NCBI GenBank assembly: GCA_043750125.1
Contig: JAYVCD010000034.1
Span: 561 to 64,560, forward strand
Length of the DNA: 64,000 nt
Source: Archangiaceae bacterium
Lineage (GTDB): Bacteria; Myxococcota; Myxococcia; Myxococcales; Myxococcaceae
Direction: 5' to 3'
In this document: positions 35,261 to 45,724 of the stretch, in pieces
Numbering within the stretch: position 1 is the first letter of the stretch
Layout of the letters: each line of letters starts with the position of its first letter
Notes under the pieces: generated by a model
What the model saw: the letters and a program-made list of their open reading frames with translations, nothing else
Databases searched by the model: none
What the model was told of the DNA's origin: nothing
Position numbers and translations under genes: made by a program

Positions 35261-35934
35261 CAGGCCCCGAGCTTGTAGCCCACGCCTCGAACCGTCTCGA
35301 GGACATCGCCCGCGGGCCCCAGCTTTTCGCGCAGACGCTTGATGTGGGTGTCGACGGTGCGGGTGGTCACTTCGACGTCGATGCCCCAGACGTTCGACAG
35401 CAGGCTCTCGCGGGTCTGCACCCGGCCGGGGCGTTCGAGGAACGTGCGCAGCAGCTTGAATTCCAGAGCGGTCAAGACCACCAGCGCCCCCTTCACCTTC
35501 ACTTCGTGGCGTTCGATGTCGAGCGTGATGTCGCCCGCGTGCAGCGGGCCGGTGGTCGGAGGCTCTTCGAGGCGACGCAGAACCGCCTTCACCCGCAGCA
35601 GCAGCTCTTTGACCGAGAAGGGTTTGACGACGTAGTCGTCGGCTCCGAGCTCGAGGCCGCGAACGCGATCAGCTTCTTCGCCCCGGGCGGTGACGATGAT
35701 GATCGGAATTCGCCGGGTCGAAGGCTCGAGCCGAACCATTCGCGCCACCTCTGCCCCCGAGATGTCCGGCAGCATCAAGTCGAGCAGCACCAGGTCGGCC
35801 CCTTCGTCGCGCAGGGCCGACAGAGCAGCGGCTCCACTGCGGAACAGGCTGACGTGGTGACCTTCGCTCTTGAGGTTGTAGGCGAGCAGATCGGCCAGAT
35901 CTTGTTCGTCTTCGATGACGAGAATGCGCGCCAT
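35260..35934 (-). CDS. phoB: Phosphate regulon response regulator (PhoB-like)
   Basis: MARILVIEDEQDL...LLDLMLPDISG...TRTVDTHIKRLREKL...VRGVGYKL. AGGAAG lies upstream. Confidence 0.8.
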   Translation of the reverse strand: MARILVIEDEQDLADLLAYNLKSEGHHVSLFRSGAAALSALRDEGADLVLLDLMLPDISGAEVARMVRLEPSTRRIPIIIVTARGEEADRVRGLELGADDYVVKPFSVKELLLRVKAVLRRLEEPPTTGPLHAGDITLDIERHEVKVKGALVVLTALEFKLLRTFLERPGRVQTRESLLSNVWGIDVEVTTRTVDTHIKRLREKLGPAGDVLETVRGVGYKLGA

Positions 35935-35982
35935 GCGGTGCTTCCTAACTCAACTCGAAACGTGACATAAGCGCGGCCGTCG

Positions 35983-36309
35983 ATGTCCGCGGAATCCGAC
36001 AAAAGAAAGCAGCGCAGAATCCCAGTGGAGCTGTGGATCGAAGCGGCCCGCGACGGGGAACTGTATTTTCAGCGCGCCAGCAACCTCTCGGTCGGGGGCG
36101 CCTACTTCACCCAGACGGTGCCTCTGCCGGTCGGCTCGCAAGTCGCTCTGAAGTTCTCACTGCCCAACGACACCCACGAGATTGTCTGCGATGGACAGAT
36201 CGTGACCGCCAAAGGGCTGGGGATGGGAGTGCTGTTCGTCGGGATCAAGACCGCGGACCAGGCGCGGATTGAAAAGCTCATCGACTTGCAGCTGAAGAAG
36301 AAGCCGTAG
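35983..36309 (+). CDS. PilZ domain protein (putative c-di-GMP receptor)
   Basis: KRKQRRIPVE (the RxxxR motif) and NLSVGGAYF (the D/NxSxxG motif). 108 aa. Confidence 0.75.
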   Translation: MSAESDKRKQRRIPVELWIEAARDGELYFQRASNLSVGGAYFTQTVPLPVGSQVALKFSLPNDTHEIVCDGQIVTAKGLGMGVLFVGIKTADQARIEKLIDLQLKKKP

Positions 36310-36834
36310 CTACTTCGTCTTGTCGACGCGCGGGTCGCAGTTCACCGGCGGCGAAAGCGGACGAATCGTGACCGCCAGCTTTTCGGGGTTTGCTCCCGGG
36401 TTGATTTCCTGGAGGTAGTTGCAGGAGCTGCCGGCGAGCATCGGCGGGCTGTCCTTCGAGAGCGCCTCGATCACCAGGCCGTAGTCTTTCCCCAGCGGAA
36501 TCCCCTGCACGACCACTTGCTGCGAGCTGTTGACCCCGACCGGCTTCACATCGAGGTCGACGACAACGGCGCGAACCTCGTTGCCCTTTGCATCTCGAAC
36601 CGGCACGAACCTGTCTGCGGGAAGTTGATTCACCAGGCAAGTCGTCTGCACCTTCACGCAATCGCCATCGCCCAGGCTGCGGCCTTTGGTGACGATTGAG
36701 ATTTGGAGCTTGGCGATCGAGTCGGCCAGCAAAGCGGAAAGGACAAAATTGAACTGCAGCTGGGGGCCGCGATTTTCCAGAGGACCGCACGCGGCGAGGA
36801 CCAGCATTGCGATCGCTGTGGTGGCGCGAATCAC
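36310..36834 (-). CDS. Lipoprotein of unknown function
   Basis: GTG 36834 overlaps the upstream stop (GTGA). N-terminus VIRATTAIAMLVLAACG has a lipobox. Confidence 0.55.
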   Translation of the reverse strand: MIRATTAIAMLVLAACGPLENRGPQLQFNFVLSALLADSIAKLQISIVTKGRSLGDGDCVKVQTTCLVNQLPADRFVPVRDAKGNEVRAVVVDLDVKPVGVNSSQQVVVQGIPLGKDYGLVIEALSKDSPPMLAGSSCNYLQEINPGANPEKLAVTIRPLSPPVNCDPRVDKTK

Positions 36835-37772
36835 ATTCCCTCGATGGTGATGGTGATGGGCAAGGTGCCGGTCTGTTTCTGGGTCGCGATCACCGCGACT
36901 CCCGCGGCGATCGAGCCGGCGGCGACGACGCCCACTCCGATTCCCACCCACACCCAGGGGTTCTTGTACCAGGCGGTGGCCAGCTCGGGCGCCGGGCCGT
37001 CATGGGTGCGCGGGTTGACCCGAAACGCCAGGGGACTGAAGGCATCGCCTCGACCGGCGAGCCTGCGCTGAGCGGCGTCGGCGACCTCGACGTAGTACTC
37101 GACCTCGTACCCGGCGTCTTCGATCGGCAGCTCGTACGCGGGGACGGTCGCGCTGAAGTCTTCTTTGCTGCCTTTCTTCCGGGTGAAGTCGACCGAGCTG
37201 TACGACTGGTTTCCGGCGCGGCGAAAGAACAGCTTGGCCTTCGCACCCAGCGACAGATCTTCAATCTGGGCCGCGATCAGCACCGGCTGGCCCCCCTCGA
37301 CCGGGTCGAGCACCGGAATGCTCAAGGTCACCGGTCGGACCCGGCGCTTCTTGATGTCCTCTTTGATCCGCGCGTAGAGCGCCCGAATTTTCGGAGGAGC
37401 GGACCTGGGCAGCTCGTAGTCCGGCCGCGCCTGCAGCAGCTTCTCGAACGCGTCGCGCGCCTTCTCTTCGTTGCCCATGTAGAGGTGCGCCAGCCCCAGC
37501 AGGCGGTACATCTCGGCGAGCTGTGCATCGGTGAGATCGGGCTGGGACAACCCTTGCCCCAGCGTCTTGATCGCCTCTTCGAAGTCTCCGCTGTCGACCT
37601 GCTCGCTCGCCTTGTCCAGCTCAGGCATGCGGGGCGAAACCTGTCCGAGGACGAGGGGCGCTTGAAGCGGCGCGTCAGACCAGATCGATCGACAGGGCGA
37701 ACGGCAGGGCCCGCCTGCCAGCGCTGGCAGCGCGGTCGAGACCACCAGCAGCGTGAGGCAGCCCCCTTTCAT
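36831..37772 (-). CDS. TPR-containing protein with signal peptide and C-terminal transmembrane anchor
   Basis: Start ATG 37772 (MKGGCLTLLVVSTALPALAG). TPR-like segment AEMYRLLGLAHLYMGNEEKARDAFEKLLQARPDY. C-terminal hydrophobic segment WVWVGIGVGVVAAGSIAAGVAVIA. Confidence 0.55.
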   Translation of the reverse strand: MKGGCLTLLVVSTALPALAGGPCRSPCRSIWSDAPLQAPLVLGQVSPRMPELDKASEQVDSGDFEEAIKTLGQGLSQPDLTDAQLAEMYRLLGLAHLYMGNEEKARDAFEKLLQARPDYELPRSAPPKIRALYARIKEDIKKRRVRPVTLSIPVLDPVEGGQPVLIAAQIEDLSLGAKAKLFFRRAGNQSYSSVDFTRKKGSKEDFSATVPAYELPIEDAGYEVEYYVEVADAAQRRLAGRGDAFSPLAFRVNPRTHDGPAPELATAWYKNPWVWVGIGVGVVAAGSIAAGVAVIATQKQTGTLPITITIEGM

Positions 37773-37871
37773 CGACCGACGATGCTTAACACGGCGGAAT
37801 CCGATGACGGTTTGATTATCAATGGCCCGGGAGGTATGGTCCGCCACATTTTTCCGGAACCATAAACGCAA

Positions 37872-38435
37872 ATGCTCGTAAAGATTGAAGAAATACAAGA
37901 TAAGGGTCTGGAGGTCAACGCTCCGGTCTCACTGGAATTGCTGACTGAGGCGCTGGTGCCTTCTGACGGCTTCAAAGTCAGCGAGCCGGGCAAGATCTCG
38001 GTGCGTTTCAAAAAGGTCGCCGGACGCGTTTTCCTCAATGGAAACATGAGGGCCGAGTTGATCGCGCCCTGCAAGCGCTGCACGAATGACGTGAGCCTGG
38101 GCGTGCCGGTGAACTTCTCGCTGCGCATGGTCGATCGGACCCAGTTTGATCGGGCCGCTTCTTCGGACGAGGAAGACGCGGGAAACGGCGAGAGCGCCGG
38201 CAGCTTCGATCTCGACCAGGCCGACGCCGAGCCGTTCGACGGCAAAACAATCGACCTCGACCCGATCATTCGAGAGCAGGTATTGCTTGCTCTTCCGGTT
38301 TCGGTGCTTTGCCGGGAAGACTGCAAGGGTCTGTGTACCGTTTGCGGTGAGGACCTGAACGAAAAGGATTGCGGCTGCGAGCGGAAGGTGGTCGATGTGC
38401 GCCTCGCTAAGCTCAAAGACATCAAGCTCAACTAA
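37872..38435 (+). CDS. yceD: YceD/DUF177 family protein
   Basis: C-terminal CREDCKGLCTVCGEDLNEKDCGC motif, in the conserved position just upstream of rpmF. Confidence 0.8.
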   Translation: MLVKIEEIQDKGLEVNAPVSLELLTEALVPSDGFKVSEPGKISVRFKKVAGRVFLNGNMRAELIAPCKRCTNDVSLGVPVNFSLRMVDRTQFDRAASSDEEDAGNGESAGSFDLDQADAEPFDGKTIDLDPIIREQVLLALPVSVLCREDCKGLCTVCGEDLNEKDCGCERKVVDVRLAKLKDIKLN

Positions 38436-38480
38436 CCAACCGTCTCCTTCACGGAGGCGAGCAATGAGGCAGGAAGCATC

Positions 38481-38672
38481 ATGGGAGTTCCCAAGAAGCG
38501 TACGTCGAAGATGCGTCGAGACCGGCGCCGCGCGGCCAATAACAAGGTCCGCACCCCGGTACAGGTGATTGCCTGTTCCAGCTGTGGCGCCCCAGTCATG
38601 CCGCACCGGGTCTGTGCTGCCTGTGGAAATTATGACGGTCGCAAGGTGACCGCCGGTAAGGACGAGAAGTAA
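38481..38672 (+). CDS. rpmF: 50S ribosomal protein L32
   Basis: MGVPKKRTSKMRRDRRRA...CSSCGAPVMPHRVCAACGNY. Confidence 0.95.
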   Translation: MGVPKKRTSKMRRDRRRAANNKVRTPVQVIACSSCGAPVMPHRVCAACGNYDGRKVTAGKDEK

Positions 38673-38846
38673 CCCTTCGTTCGTTTCCGTTCCGCTCAAT
38701 CAGCCCTGTCGCAGCGCACGCAACTGGCGAAGATGCCCGTCGCGTGCGCGAGCGTTTGAGCTCGACGTTCTGCGCGCGTCAGTTCGAAGTGCGTAAATCA
38801 GTTCGCGGTGACACGCGCATGGCCAGCGTGTAAGGACGCGATTCGC

Positions 38847-39830
38847 ATGACCCTCGCGCAGATCATCGGTACTGGCAGCTATGCCCCCGCGAAGGTGATG
38901 ACCAACGCCGACATGGCGAAGAGAGTCGACACTTCTGACGCGTGGATCTTCGAGCGAACCGGAATCCGGGAACGCCGCGTGGCCGCCGAAGACGAAGTGA
39001 CGTCTGACATGGCGGTGAAGGCCGCGATTCGCGCCCTGGAGATGGCGGGCACCCGGGCCGAAGACCTCGACATGATCATCGTCGGCACCATTTCTCCGGA
39101 CATGCCGATGCCCGCCTGTGCGGCGTTCGTCGCGCACAAGCTCGGAGCGAAGAAAGCGTTTGCCTTCGACGTCGCGGCGGCCTGCGCCGGCTCGCTGTTC
39201 GGGATGTCGATCGCCACTCAGTACATTCAGACCGGAGCGGTGAAGCGGGCTCTGGTGATCGGCGTCGAGCTGCTCACCCGGGTCATCGATTGGGAAGATC
39301 GCAACACCTGCGTGCTGTTCGGTGATGCGGCCGGCGCGATGGTGCTCGGCCCGTCGTCCGACCCGAAGCGGGGCGTGCTGTCGACCCACCTTCACACCGA
39401 CGGCGCGCTGACCGAGATCCTCTGCATCAAGGGCGGGGGCAGCAAGCACCCGATGAACGAAGAGACCCTGAAGCTGAAGCTGCACAAGGTCTCGATGAAC
39501 GGCCGCGAGGTCTTCAAGTTCGCGGTTCGCTCGCTGACCGACGCGGTGAACGAAGCGCTCGAGCACAACAAGATCACCGCCGGCGAAGTGACCCACCTGA
39601 TTGCCCACCAGGCGAATCTGCGCATCATCGATGCCGTCATCGACCGCCTGAAAATCGCGCGTGAGAAGGCGTGGCTGAACATCGAGAAGTACGGCAACAC
39701 CTCGTCGGCGTCGCTGCCGATGACGCTCGATGAAGCCAACCGCGCCGGCCGCCTCAAGCCCAACGACACGATCGCGATGATGGCGATCGGCGCCGGCATG
39801 TCGTGGGGCAGCGCCCTGGTGCGCTGGTGA
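38847..39830 (+). CDS. fabH: 3-oxoacyl-ACP synthase III
   Basis: ATG 38847 (MTLAQIIGTGSYAP) with AAGGA 10 nt upstream. Contains AFDVAAACAG, HQANLRII and GNTSSASLP. Confidence 0.9.
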   Translation: MTLAQIIGTGSYAPAKVMTNADMAKRVDTSDAWIFERTGIRERRVAAEDEVTSDMAVKAAIRALEMAGTRAEDLDMIIVGTISPDMPMPACAAFVAHKLGAKKAFAFDVAAACAGSLFGMSIATQYIQTGAVKRALVIGVELLTRVIDWEDRNTCVLFGDAAGAMVLGPSSDPKRGVLSTHLHTDGALTEILCIKGGGSKHPMNEETLKLKLHKVSMNGREVFKFAVRSLTDAVNEALEHNKITAGEVTHLIAHQANLRIIDAVIDRLKIAREKAWLNIEKYGNTSSASLPMTLDEANRAGRLKPNDTIAMMAIGAGMSWGSALVRW

Positions 39831-40777
39831 TCAAGACGGCGTTCGTTTTTCCAGGGCAGGGCAGCCAGTCGGTTGGCATGGGAAAGGCGCTCTTCGAGAC
39901 CTTCCCCGAGGCGAAGGCCGTCTTCGAGGCCGCCGACGACGCGCTGTCGCAAAAGTTGTCGACGCTGTGCTTCGAAGGCCCGGACGAGGCGTTGAAGCTC
40001 ACCGCCAACACCCAGCCGGCGATTCTCACCGTCAGCATTGCGGCGCACGCGGTGTTCGCCAAACGCTTCGAAGGCGCGCCGGCGTTCGTGGCCGGCCATT
40101 CGCTGGGCGAGTACTCGGCGCTGGTCGTGGCCCGGGCGCTGAGCCTGGCCGACGCGGTTCGTGCGGTGCGCGCGCGGGGAACCTTCATGCAGGAAGCCGT
40201 CCTGCCCGGTGTCGGAGCGATGGCGGCCGTGCTCGGGCTCGAGCCTTCCAAGGTCAAAGAAATCTGCGACGGGGCCTGCGTCGACGGGCAGGTGGTCGCG
40301 GCTGCGAACTACAACGACCCGGGCCAGACGGTGATCGCAGGCCACGCCGCCGCGGTCGAGCGCGCCTCGGTGATGCTCAAAGAAGCGGGCGCCCGGCGGG
40401 TCTTGCCGCTGCCGGTCTCGGCTCCTTTCCACTGTGCGCTGATGCAGCCGGTGGTCCCCCGACTGGGCGATGTGCTCTCGAAGCTGAACTTCGCCACCCC
40501 CAGTGTTCCGGTGGTGACCAACGTCGAGGCGATGCCGAACCAGGACCCGGCGCGAATTGCAGAACTGCTGCTGCGGCAGGTGACGGGCAGCGTGCGGTGG
40601 ACCGAGTGCGTGCAGACTCTCGAGCGCGAAGGCGTGACCCGAATCGTCGAGCTGGGTCCGGGCAAAGTGCTGTGCGGGCTGGTGAAGCGAATCAGCAAAA
40701 CCATCGAGTGCGTGAACGTCGAAGATCCAGCGAGCCTCGAGAAGGCGCTGGCGAGCCCGACGAGGAGCGAATCGTGA
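39827..40777 (+). CDS. fabD: Malonyl-CoA-ACP transacylase
   Basis: GTGA overlap with the fabH stop. Contains FVFPGQGSQ and GHSLGEYSAL. Confidence 0.9.
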   Translation: MIKTAFVFPGQGSQSVGMGKALFETFPEAKAVFEAADDALSQKLSTLCFEGPDEALKLTANTQPAILTVSIAAHAVFAKRFEGAPAFVAGHSLGEYSALVVARALSLADAVRAVRARGTFMQEAVLPGVGAMAAVLGLEPSKVKEICDGACVDGQVVAAANYNDPGQTVIAGHAAAVERASVMLKEAGARRVLPLPVSAPFHCALMQPVVPRLGDVLSKLNFATPSVPVVTNVEAMPNQDPARIAELLLRQVTGSVRWTECVQTLEREGVTRIVELGPGKVLCGLVKRISKTIECVNVEDPASLEKALASPTRSES

Positions 40778-41511
40778 AAGACAAGATCGCGTTGGTCACC
40801 GGCGGCTCGCGGGGCATTGGTCGGGCGGTCTGCGTCGAGCTGGCCCGTCGGGGCGCGATGGTGGTGCTCAGCTACCAGGGGAACGAAGAGGCCGCGGCCC
40901 AGACGGTGAAGTTGATTACCGATGCAGGCGGCAAGGCCAAGTCGGTGCGCTTCGATGTTTCCGATGCCGCCGCGTGCACCAAGGCCGTCGACGAGCTGCT
41001 CAAAGAACACGCCCGCCTGGACATCCTGGTGAACAACGCCGGAATCGCGGTCGATGGGTTGATCATGCGGTTTCGCGATGAAGACTGGGACAAGACGATC
41101 GACACCAACTTGAAGGGCGCGTGGGCTCTGTGCCGCGCCGCCTGCCGCCCGATGATGAAGCAGCGGGGCGGGGCGATCATCAACCTGACTTCGATCGTGG
41201 GCGAGATGGGAAACGCCGGCCAGACCGCCTACGCCGCTTCGAAGGCCGGGTTGATCGGCCTCACCAAGGCGCTGGCCAAAGAGCTCTGCAGCCGGAACAT
41301 TCGCGTCAATGCGGTTTCTCCGGGCTTCATCGGCACCGACATGACCTCGCATATCCCCGAAGAGATGCGGGCGAAGATGCTGGACGTCATTCCGTTGGCC
41401 CGCTTGGGCACCGCGGAAGAAGTCGCCAAGGCGGTCGCCTTTCTCGCCTCCACCGATGCGTCGTACATCACGGGCGAAGTTTTGAAGGTCAACGGTGGGA
41501 TGTACATGTGA
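40774..41511 (+). CDS. fabG: 3-oxoacyl-ACP reductase
   Basis: GTGA overlap with the fabD stop. Contains ALVTGGSRGIG, NNAG and YAASKAG. Confidence 0.9.
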   Translation: MKDKIALVTGGSRGIGRAVCVELARRGAMVVLSYQGNEEAAAQTVKLITDAGGKAKSVRFDVSDAAACTKAVDELLKEHARLDILVNNAGIAVDGLIMRFRDEDWDKTIDTNLKGAWALCRAACRPMMKQRGGAIINLTSIVGEMGNAGQTAYAASKAGLIGLTKALAKELCSRNIRVNAVSPGFIGTDMTSHIPEEMRAKMLDVIPLARLGTAEEVAKAVAFLASTDASYITGEVLKVNGGMYM

Positions 41512-41609
41512 CGTAGGAATGAAGTGCTTCCTTTTGCGAGCAACAGCGCTGAGATATAGGCGCGCTCGTTCACGCAGTGCTGAACACGCAATTACGAGGG
41601 TCGAACCAC

Positions 41610-41852
41610 ATGTCTGCAACGAACATCGAGGCCAAGGTCAAGTCCATCATCGCCGACCAGCTGGGAGTCGGGGAGGACGAGATCAAGCTCGAGAGCTCCT
41701 TCATCGAGGACCTCGGAGCCGACAGCCTCGACATCGTCGAGCTTGTCATGGCGATGGAAGAGGAATTCGAAGTCGAGATCCCCGACGAAGAGGCTGAGAA
41801 CATCAAGTCGGTCGGCGACGCCATCAACTACATCAACACCCACAAGAAGTAG
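41610..41852 (+). CDS. acpP: Acyl carrier protein
   Basis: The [20 protein letters not shown] phosphopantetheine-attachment motif. Confidence 0.95.
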   Translation: MSATNIEAKVKSIIADQLGVGEDEIKLESSFIEDLGADSLDIVELVMAMEEEFEVEIPDEEAENIKSVGDAINYINTHKK

Positions 41853-41859
41853 GACCCTT

Positions 41860-43116
41860 ATGTCCCGCCGCGTCGTCATCACCGGAACCGGGCTCATCAC
41901 TGCGCTCGGAACCGGTACCGAGAAGAACTGGCAAGCCTTGCTGGCTGGCAAGTCGGGCGTGGCGAAGATCACCCGGTTCAACGGGGGCAAGCTGACGGTG
42001 AACTTCGCCGGCGAGGTCAAGGACTTCGACCCGACCCAGTTCATCGAGCATCGCGAGGCCCGCCGCATGGACCTCTTCTGCCAGTACGCCCTGGCCGCGG
42101 CCGAGATGGCGATCGCCGAATCGGGGATCCCGATCGGCACCGCAGATCTCAACACCTATGATCCAGAACGGGTCGGAGTAATTGTCGGCAGCGGAATCGG
42201 AGGCCTCTCGAGCTTCGAAGAGAGCCACACCAAGGCGCTGCAGAAGGGGTACGATCGTCTGTCGCCCTTCTTCATCCTCCAGATGATCGTCAACATGGCG
42301 CCTGGGCGGATCAGCATGAAGCACAACTGCAAAGGGCCCAACTGGTCGCCGGTGTCGGCGTGCAGCACCAGCGCCCACGCGGTGGGCGAGGCGTACAAGT
42401 CGATCAAATTCGATGAGACCGACGCGATGATCGCCGGAGGCTCTGAAGCGTCGATCACCGGAATGGGCATCGGAGGCTTCGAGTCGATGCGCGCGCTGTC
42501 GACCCGCACCGACGCTCCCGAGGCGGCGAGCCGGCCGTTCGACAAAGATCGCGATGGCTTCGTGATGGGCGAAGGCGCGGGAATCGTGGTGCTCGAAGAG
42601 CTGGAGCACGCGAAGAAGCGCGGCGCGAACATCATCGCCGAGCTGATCGGCTACGGCGCCAACAGCGATGCCTTTCATGAGACCCAGCCGGCGCCCGGCG
42701 GTGAAGGGGCCGTGCGGTGCATGCGGGTGGCGCTGAAGAGCGCGGGGATCAACGCGACCGACGTGGGCTACATCAACGCGCACGGCACTTCGACGCCGTT
42801 CAATGACGCCAATGAGACCAAGGCGATCAAGACGGTGTTCGCAGACCACGCGAAGAAGCTGATGGTCAGCTCGACCAAGTCGATGACCGGTCACATGCTC
42901 GGCGCGGCGGGCGGCGCCGAAGCGGTGATCACCGCGTTGGCGCTCTCGCGGGGAATCCTGCCTCCGACGATCAACTACACCACCCCTGATCCCGAATGCG
43001 ACCTGGACTACGTGCCCAACAAGGCGCGCGAAGTGCGAGGCATCGACATCGCGCTTTCCAATTCATTCGGCTTCGGTGGCACCAACGCGGTGCTGGTCTT
43101 GAAGCGGTACAAGTAG
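41860..43116 (+). CDS. fabF: 3-oxoacyl-ACP synthase II
   Basis: [11 protein letters not shown]...SACSTSAHA...NAHGTSTP...GHMLGAAG...SFGFGGTN. Confidence 0.95.
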   Translation: MSRRVVITGTGLITALGTGTEKNWQALLAGKSGVAKITRFNGGKLTVNFAGEVKDFDPTQFIEHREARRMDLFCQYALAAAEMAIAESGIPIGTADLNTYDPERVGVIVGSGIGGLSSFEESHTKALQKGYDRLSPFFILQMIVNMAPGRISMKHNCKGPNWSPVSACSTSAHAVGEAYKSIKFDETDAMIAGGSEASITGMGIGGFESMRALSTRTDAPEAASRPFDKDRDGFVMGEGAGIVVLEELEHAKKRGANIIAELIGYGANSDAFHETQPAPGGEGAVRCMRVALKSAGINATDVGYINAHGTSTPFNDANETKAIKTVFADHAKKLMVSSTKSMTGHMLGAAGGAEAVITALALSRGILPPTINYTTPDPECDLDYVPNKAREVRGIDIALSNSFGFGGTNAVLVLKRYK

Positions 43117-43126
43117 GCCTTAGCCG

Positions 43127-43570
43127 ATGCGAATCGCGATCGCCTCGGATCACGCCGGCTTCGCTCTGAAGAGCGAGCTGGTCCTCGCGCTGGTGGACCT
43201 GAAGCTCGACTTCGATGACCTCGGTCCGGCAGATGCCACTCCAATGGACTACCCGGATTCCGCGAGGAAGGTGGCCGACGCGGTGGTGGCGGGCCGGGCG
43301 GATCTCGGGGTGCTGGTCTGCGGCACGGGAATCGGGATGAGCATCAGCGCCAACAAGGTGCATGGGGTTCGGGCCGCGTCGTGCCACAACGAATTCGAAG
43401 CGCGGGTGGCGCGCGGGCACAACGATGCGAACGTGCTGTGCCTTGGGCAGCGGGTGACGGGCGGGGGCGTGGCGCGCAGCATTCTCGAGGAGTTCTTGAA
43501 GGGGAAGTTCGAGGGCGGCCGGCACGCGCGGCGCGTCGACAAGATCCTCGCCCAGGAGAAGAGCGGTTGA
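43127..43570 (+). CDS. rpiB: Ribose-5-phosphate isomerase B
   Basis: MRIAIASDHAGF...GVLVCGTGIGMSISANK...ARGHNDANVLCLG. Confidence 0.9.
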   Translation: MRIAIASDHAGFALKSELVLALVDLKLDFDDLGPADATPMDYPDSARKVADAVVAGRADLGVLVCGTGIGMSISANKVHGVRAASCHNEFEARVARGHNDANVLCLGQRVTGGGVARSILEEFLKGKFEGGRHARRVDKILAQEKSG

Positions 43571-43917
43571 TGCGAACGGCCCTGCTCGGGGTGGTGCTGG
43601 GACTGATGGGGTGCCGCACGCCCGTGATCGCCCACGCCAAGACGACGGCTGCCGACAAGGACGTCTACGTCACCAAAGAGTGCAACGTCCGCGACTTCCC
43701 TTCGCTGACCGACCTGCCCGAGGGCTCGATCAACTTGGGGACGGTGCGGGTGGCGAAGGTGCAGGGCGCCAGCGACGAAGAGATGTACCTGCTGCTGCGC
43801 GAAGAAATCTGCAAGCAGGGCGGCGATGCCCTCTCGGGACTGCGGTGGGTCAAAGAGCTGGGGAAGATCAGCGGCCGGCCGACCGAGCTCGAAGCCAACG
43901 CCTGGACCCTGCCCTGA
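43570..43917 (+). CDS. Small lipoprotein, unknown function
   Basis: The ATG overlaps the rpiB stop by 1 nt. N-terminus MRTALLGVVLGLMGC has a lipobox. Confidence 0.5.
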   Translation: MRTALLGVVLGLMGCRTPVIAHAKTTAADKDVYVTKECNVRDFPSLTDLPEGSINLGTVRVAKVQGASDEEMYLLLREEICKQGGDALSGLRWVKELGKISGRPTELEANAWTLP

Positions 43918-43984
43918 TTCACCTGCGGTAGCGGTCAGATTTCAGATTCCATTCCCGGCGCACTCGGGCTAGCTCAAGGCGCCC

Positions 43985-45241
43985 ATGTGGAACTCTGCTC
44001 CCCTGAAGGAAGTTGATCCCGCGATCTGGAACCTCATTCGTGCCGAGACACAGCGGCAGGAAGACGGGCTCGAGCTCATCGCCAGCGAAAATTTCGTCAG
44101 CCCTGCGGTGCTCGAAGCCGCCGGAAGCGTACTGACCAACAAGTACGCAGAGGGCTACCCCGGCAAGCGCTACTACGGCGGCTGCGAAGAGGTCGACAAG
44201 GTCGAGCAGCTGGCCATCGACCGAGCGATTCAGCTGTTCGGGGCGGAAGCGGCCAACGTGCAGCCCCACTCGGGAAGCCAGGCGAACATGGCGGCGTACA
44301 TGGCCGTGATGAAGCCGGGCGACACGATGCTCGCACTCGACCTCAACTCAGGCGGGCACCTGACCCATGGGGCCTCGTTCAACTTCAGCGGCAAGCTCTA
44401 CAAGGCGGTGCACTACGGGCTGCAACGCGAGAGCGAGACCATCGACTACGCGCAGGCGGCGGCGCTCGCCAAGGAGCACAAGCCGAAGGTGGTCGTGGTG
44501 GGCGCGTCGGCATACCCCCGCGTGCTCGACTTCGTGAAATTCCGCGAGATCGCCTCTTCGGTCGGAGCGGTGCTGATGGTCGACATGGCCCACATCGCCG
44601 GCCTGGTCGCGGCAGGGGTCCACCCCTCTCCGGTTCCGCTGGCAGACATCGTCACCACCACCACCCACAAGACGCTTCGCGGTCCCCGCAGCGGAATGAT
44701 CCTGATGAAGGAGCCGCTTGCGAAGGCGATCAACGGGCAGATTTTTCCGGGCATTCAAGGCGGCCCGCTGATGCACGTCATCGCGGCGAAGGCGGTCGCG
44801 TTTGGCGAAGCCCTGCGCCCCGAGTTCAAGACGTACCAGCAGCAGATCGTGAAGAACGCCCAGGCGCTGGCCGAGGGGCTCAAGGCCCAGGGGCTGCGGC
44901 TTTGCTCCGGCGGGACGGACAACCACCTGATGCTGGTGGATCTGCGGCCGAAGAAGATCACCGGCAAGCTCGGCGAGGAAGTGCTGGGGAAGGCGGGGAT
45001 CACGGTGAACAAGAATCAAATCCCCTTCGACCCCGAGAAGCCGACGGTCAGCTCGGGGGTTCGCATTGGGACTCCGGCGATCACCACCCGGGGAATGAAG
45101 GAGCCGCAGATGGCCGAAGTGGCGAAGCTGATTGGCGAGGCACTCGACAATGCGGGCGACGATGCGGTGCTGGCTCGGGTGAAGGGCAAGGTGAAGGAGC
45201 TGTCGACCGGCTTTCCGCTCTACCGGTCGCGGCTGGGCTGA
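43985..45241 (+). CDS. glyA: Serine hydroxymethyltransferase
   Basis: LELIASENF...[16 protein letters not shown]...[12 protein letters not shown]. Confidence 0.95.
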   Translation: MWNSAPLKEVDPAIWNLIRAETQRQEDGLELIASENFVSPAVLEAAGSVLTNKYAEGYPGKRYYGGCEEVDKVEQLAIDRAIQLFGAEAANVQPHSGSQANMAAYMAVMKPGDTMLALDLNSGGHLTHGASFNFSGKLYKAVHYGLQRESETIDYAQAAALAKEHKPKVVVVGASAYPRVLDFVKFREIASSVGAVLMVDMAHIAGLVAAGVHPSPVPLADIVTTTTHKTLRGPRSGMILMKEPLAKAINGQIFPGIQGGPLMHVIAAKAVAFGEALRPEFKTYQQQIVKNAQALAEGLKAQGLRLCSGGTDNHLMLVDLRPKKITGKLGEEVLGKAGITVNKNQIPFDPEKPTVSSGVRIGTPAITTRGMKEPQMAEVAKLIGEALDNAGDDAVLARVKGKVKELSTGFPLYRSRLG

Positions 45242-45244
45242 CCC

Positions 45245-45724
45245 ATGCGTTGTCCGTTCTGTTCCACCGACGACACCCGGGTGTTGGATTCTCGCGATTC
45301 CAACGAGGGCGCGGTCATTCGCCGCCGGCGAGAGTGCGAGGCGTGCAAGCGGCGCTTCACCACCTATGAGCGGGTCGATGAGCTGAACCCGCTGGTGATC
45401 AAAAAAGACGGTCGGCGTGAAGCGTTTGGTCGCGACAAGCTGTTGATGGGGCTGAAGAAGGCCTGCGAGAAGCGGCCGGTCTCGGTCGAACAGCTCGAAG
45501 AAATCATCACCGGCATCGAACGGAAGCTTCAGGAAAGCGGTGAGAAAGAAATTCCTTCGACGATGATCGGCGAAGAGGTGATGGCCCGATTGCCTGCCCT
45601 CGATGAAGTCGCGTACGTGCGTTTCGCCTCGGTGTACCGCTCGTTTCGGGACATCGCCGAATTCATGGACGAGCTCAAAGAGATCCTCGAAGGGCAGGAG
45701 CGCCTGAAGAAAGTGCGCAAGTGA
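45245..45724 (+). CDS. nrdR: Transcriptional repressor NrdR
   Basis: [17 protein letters not shown]...[16 protein letters not shown] zinc ribbon plus an ATP-cone. Confidence 0.95.
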   Translation: MRCPFCSTDDTRVLDSRDSNEGAVIRRRRECEACKRRFTTYERVDELNPLVIKKDGRREAFGRDKLLMGLKKACEKRPVSVEQLEEIITGIERKLQESGEKEIPSTMIGEEVMARLPALDEVAYVRFASVYRSFRDIAEFMDELKEILEGQERLKKVRK

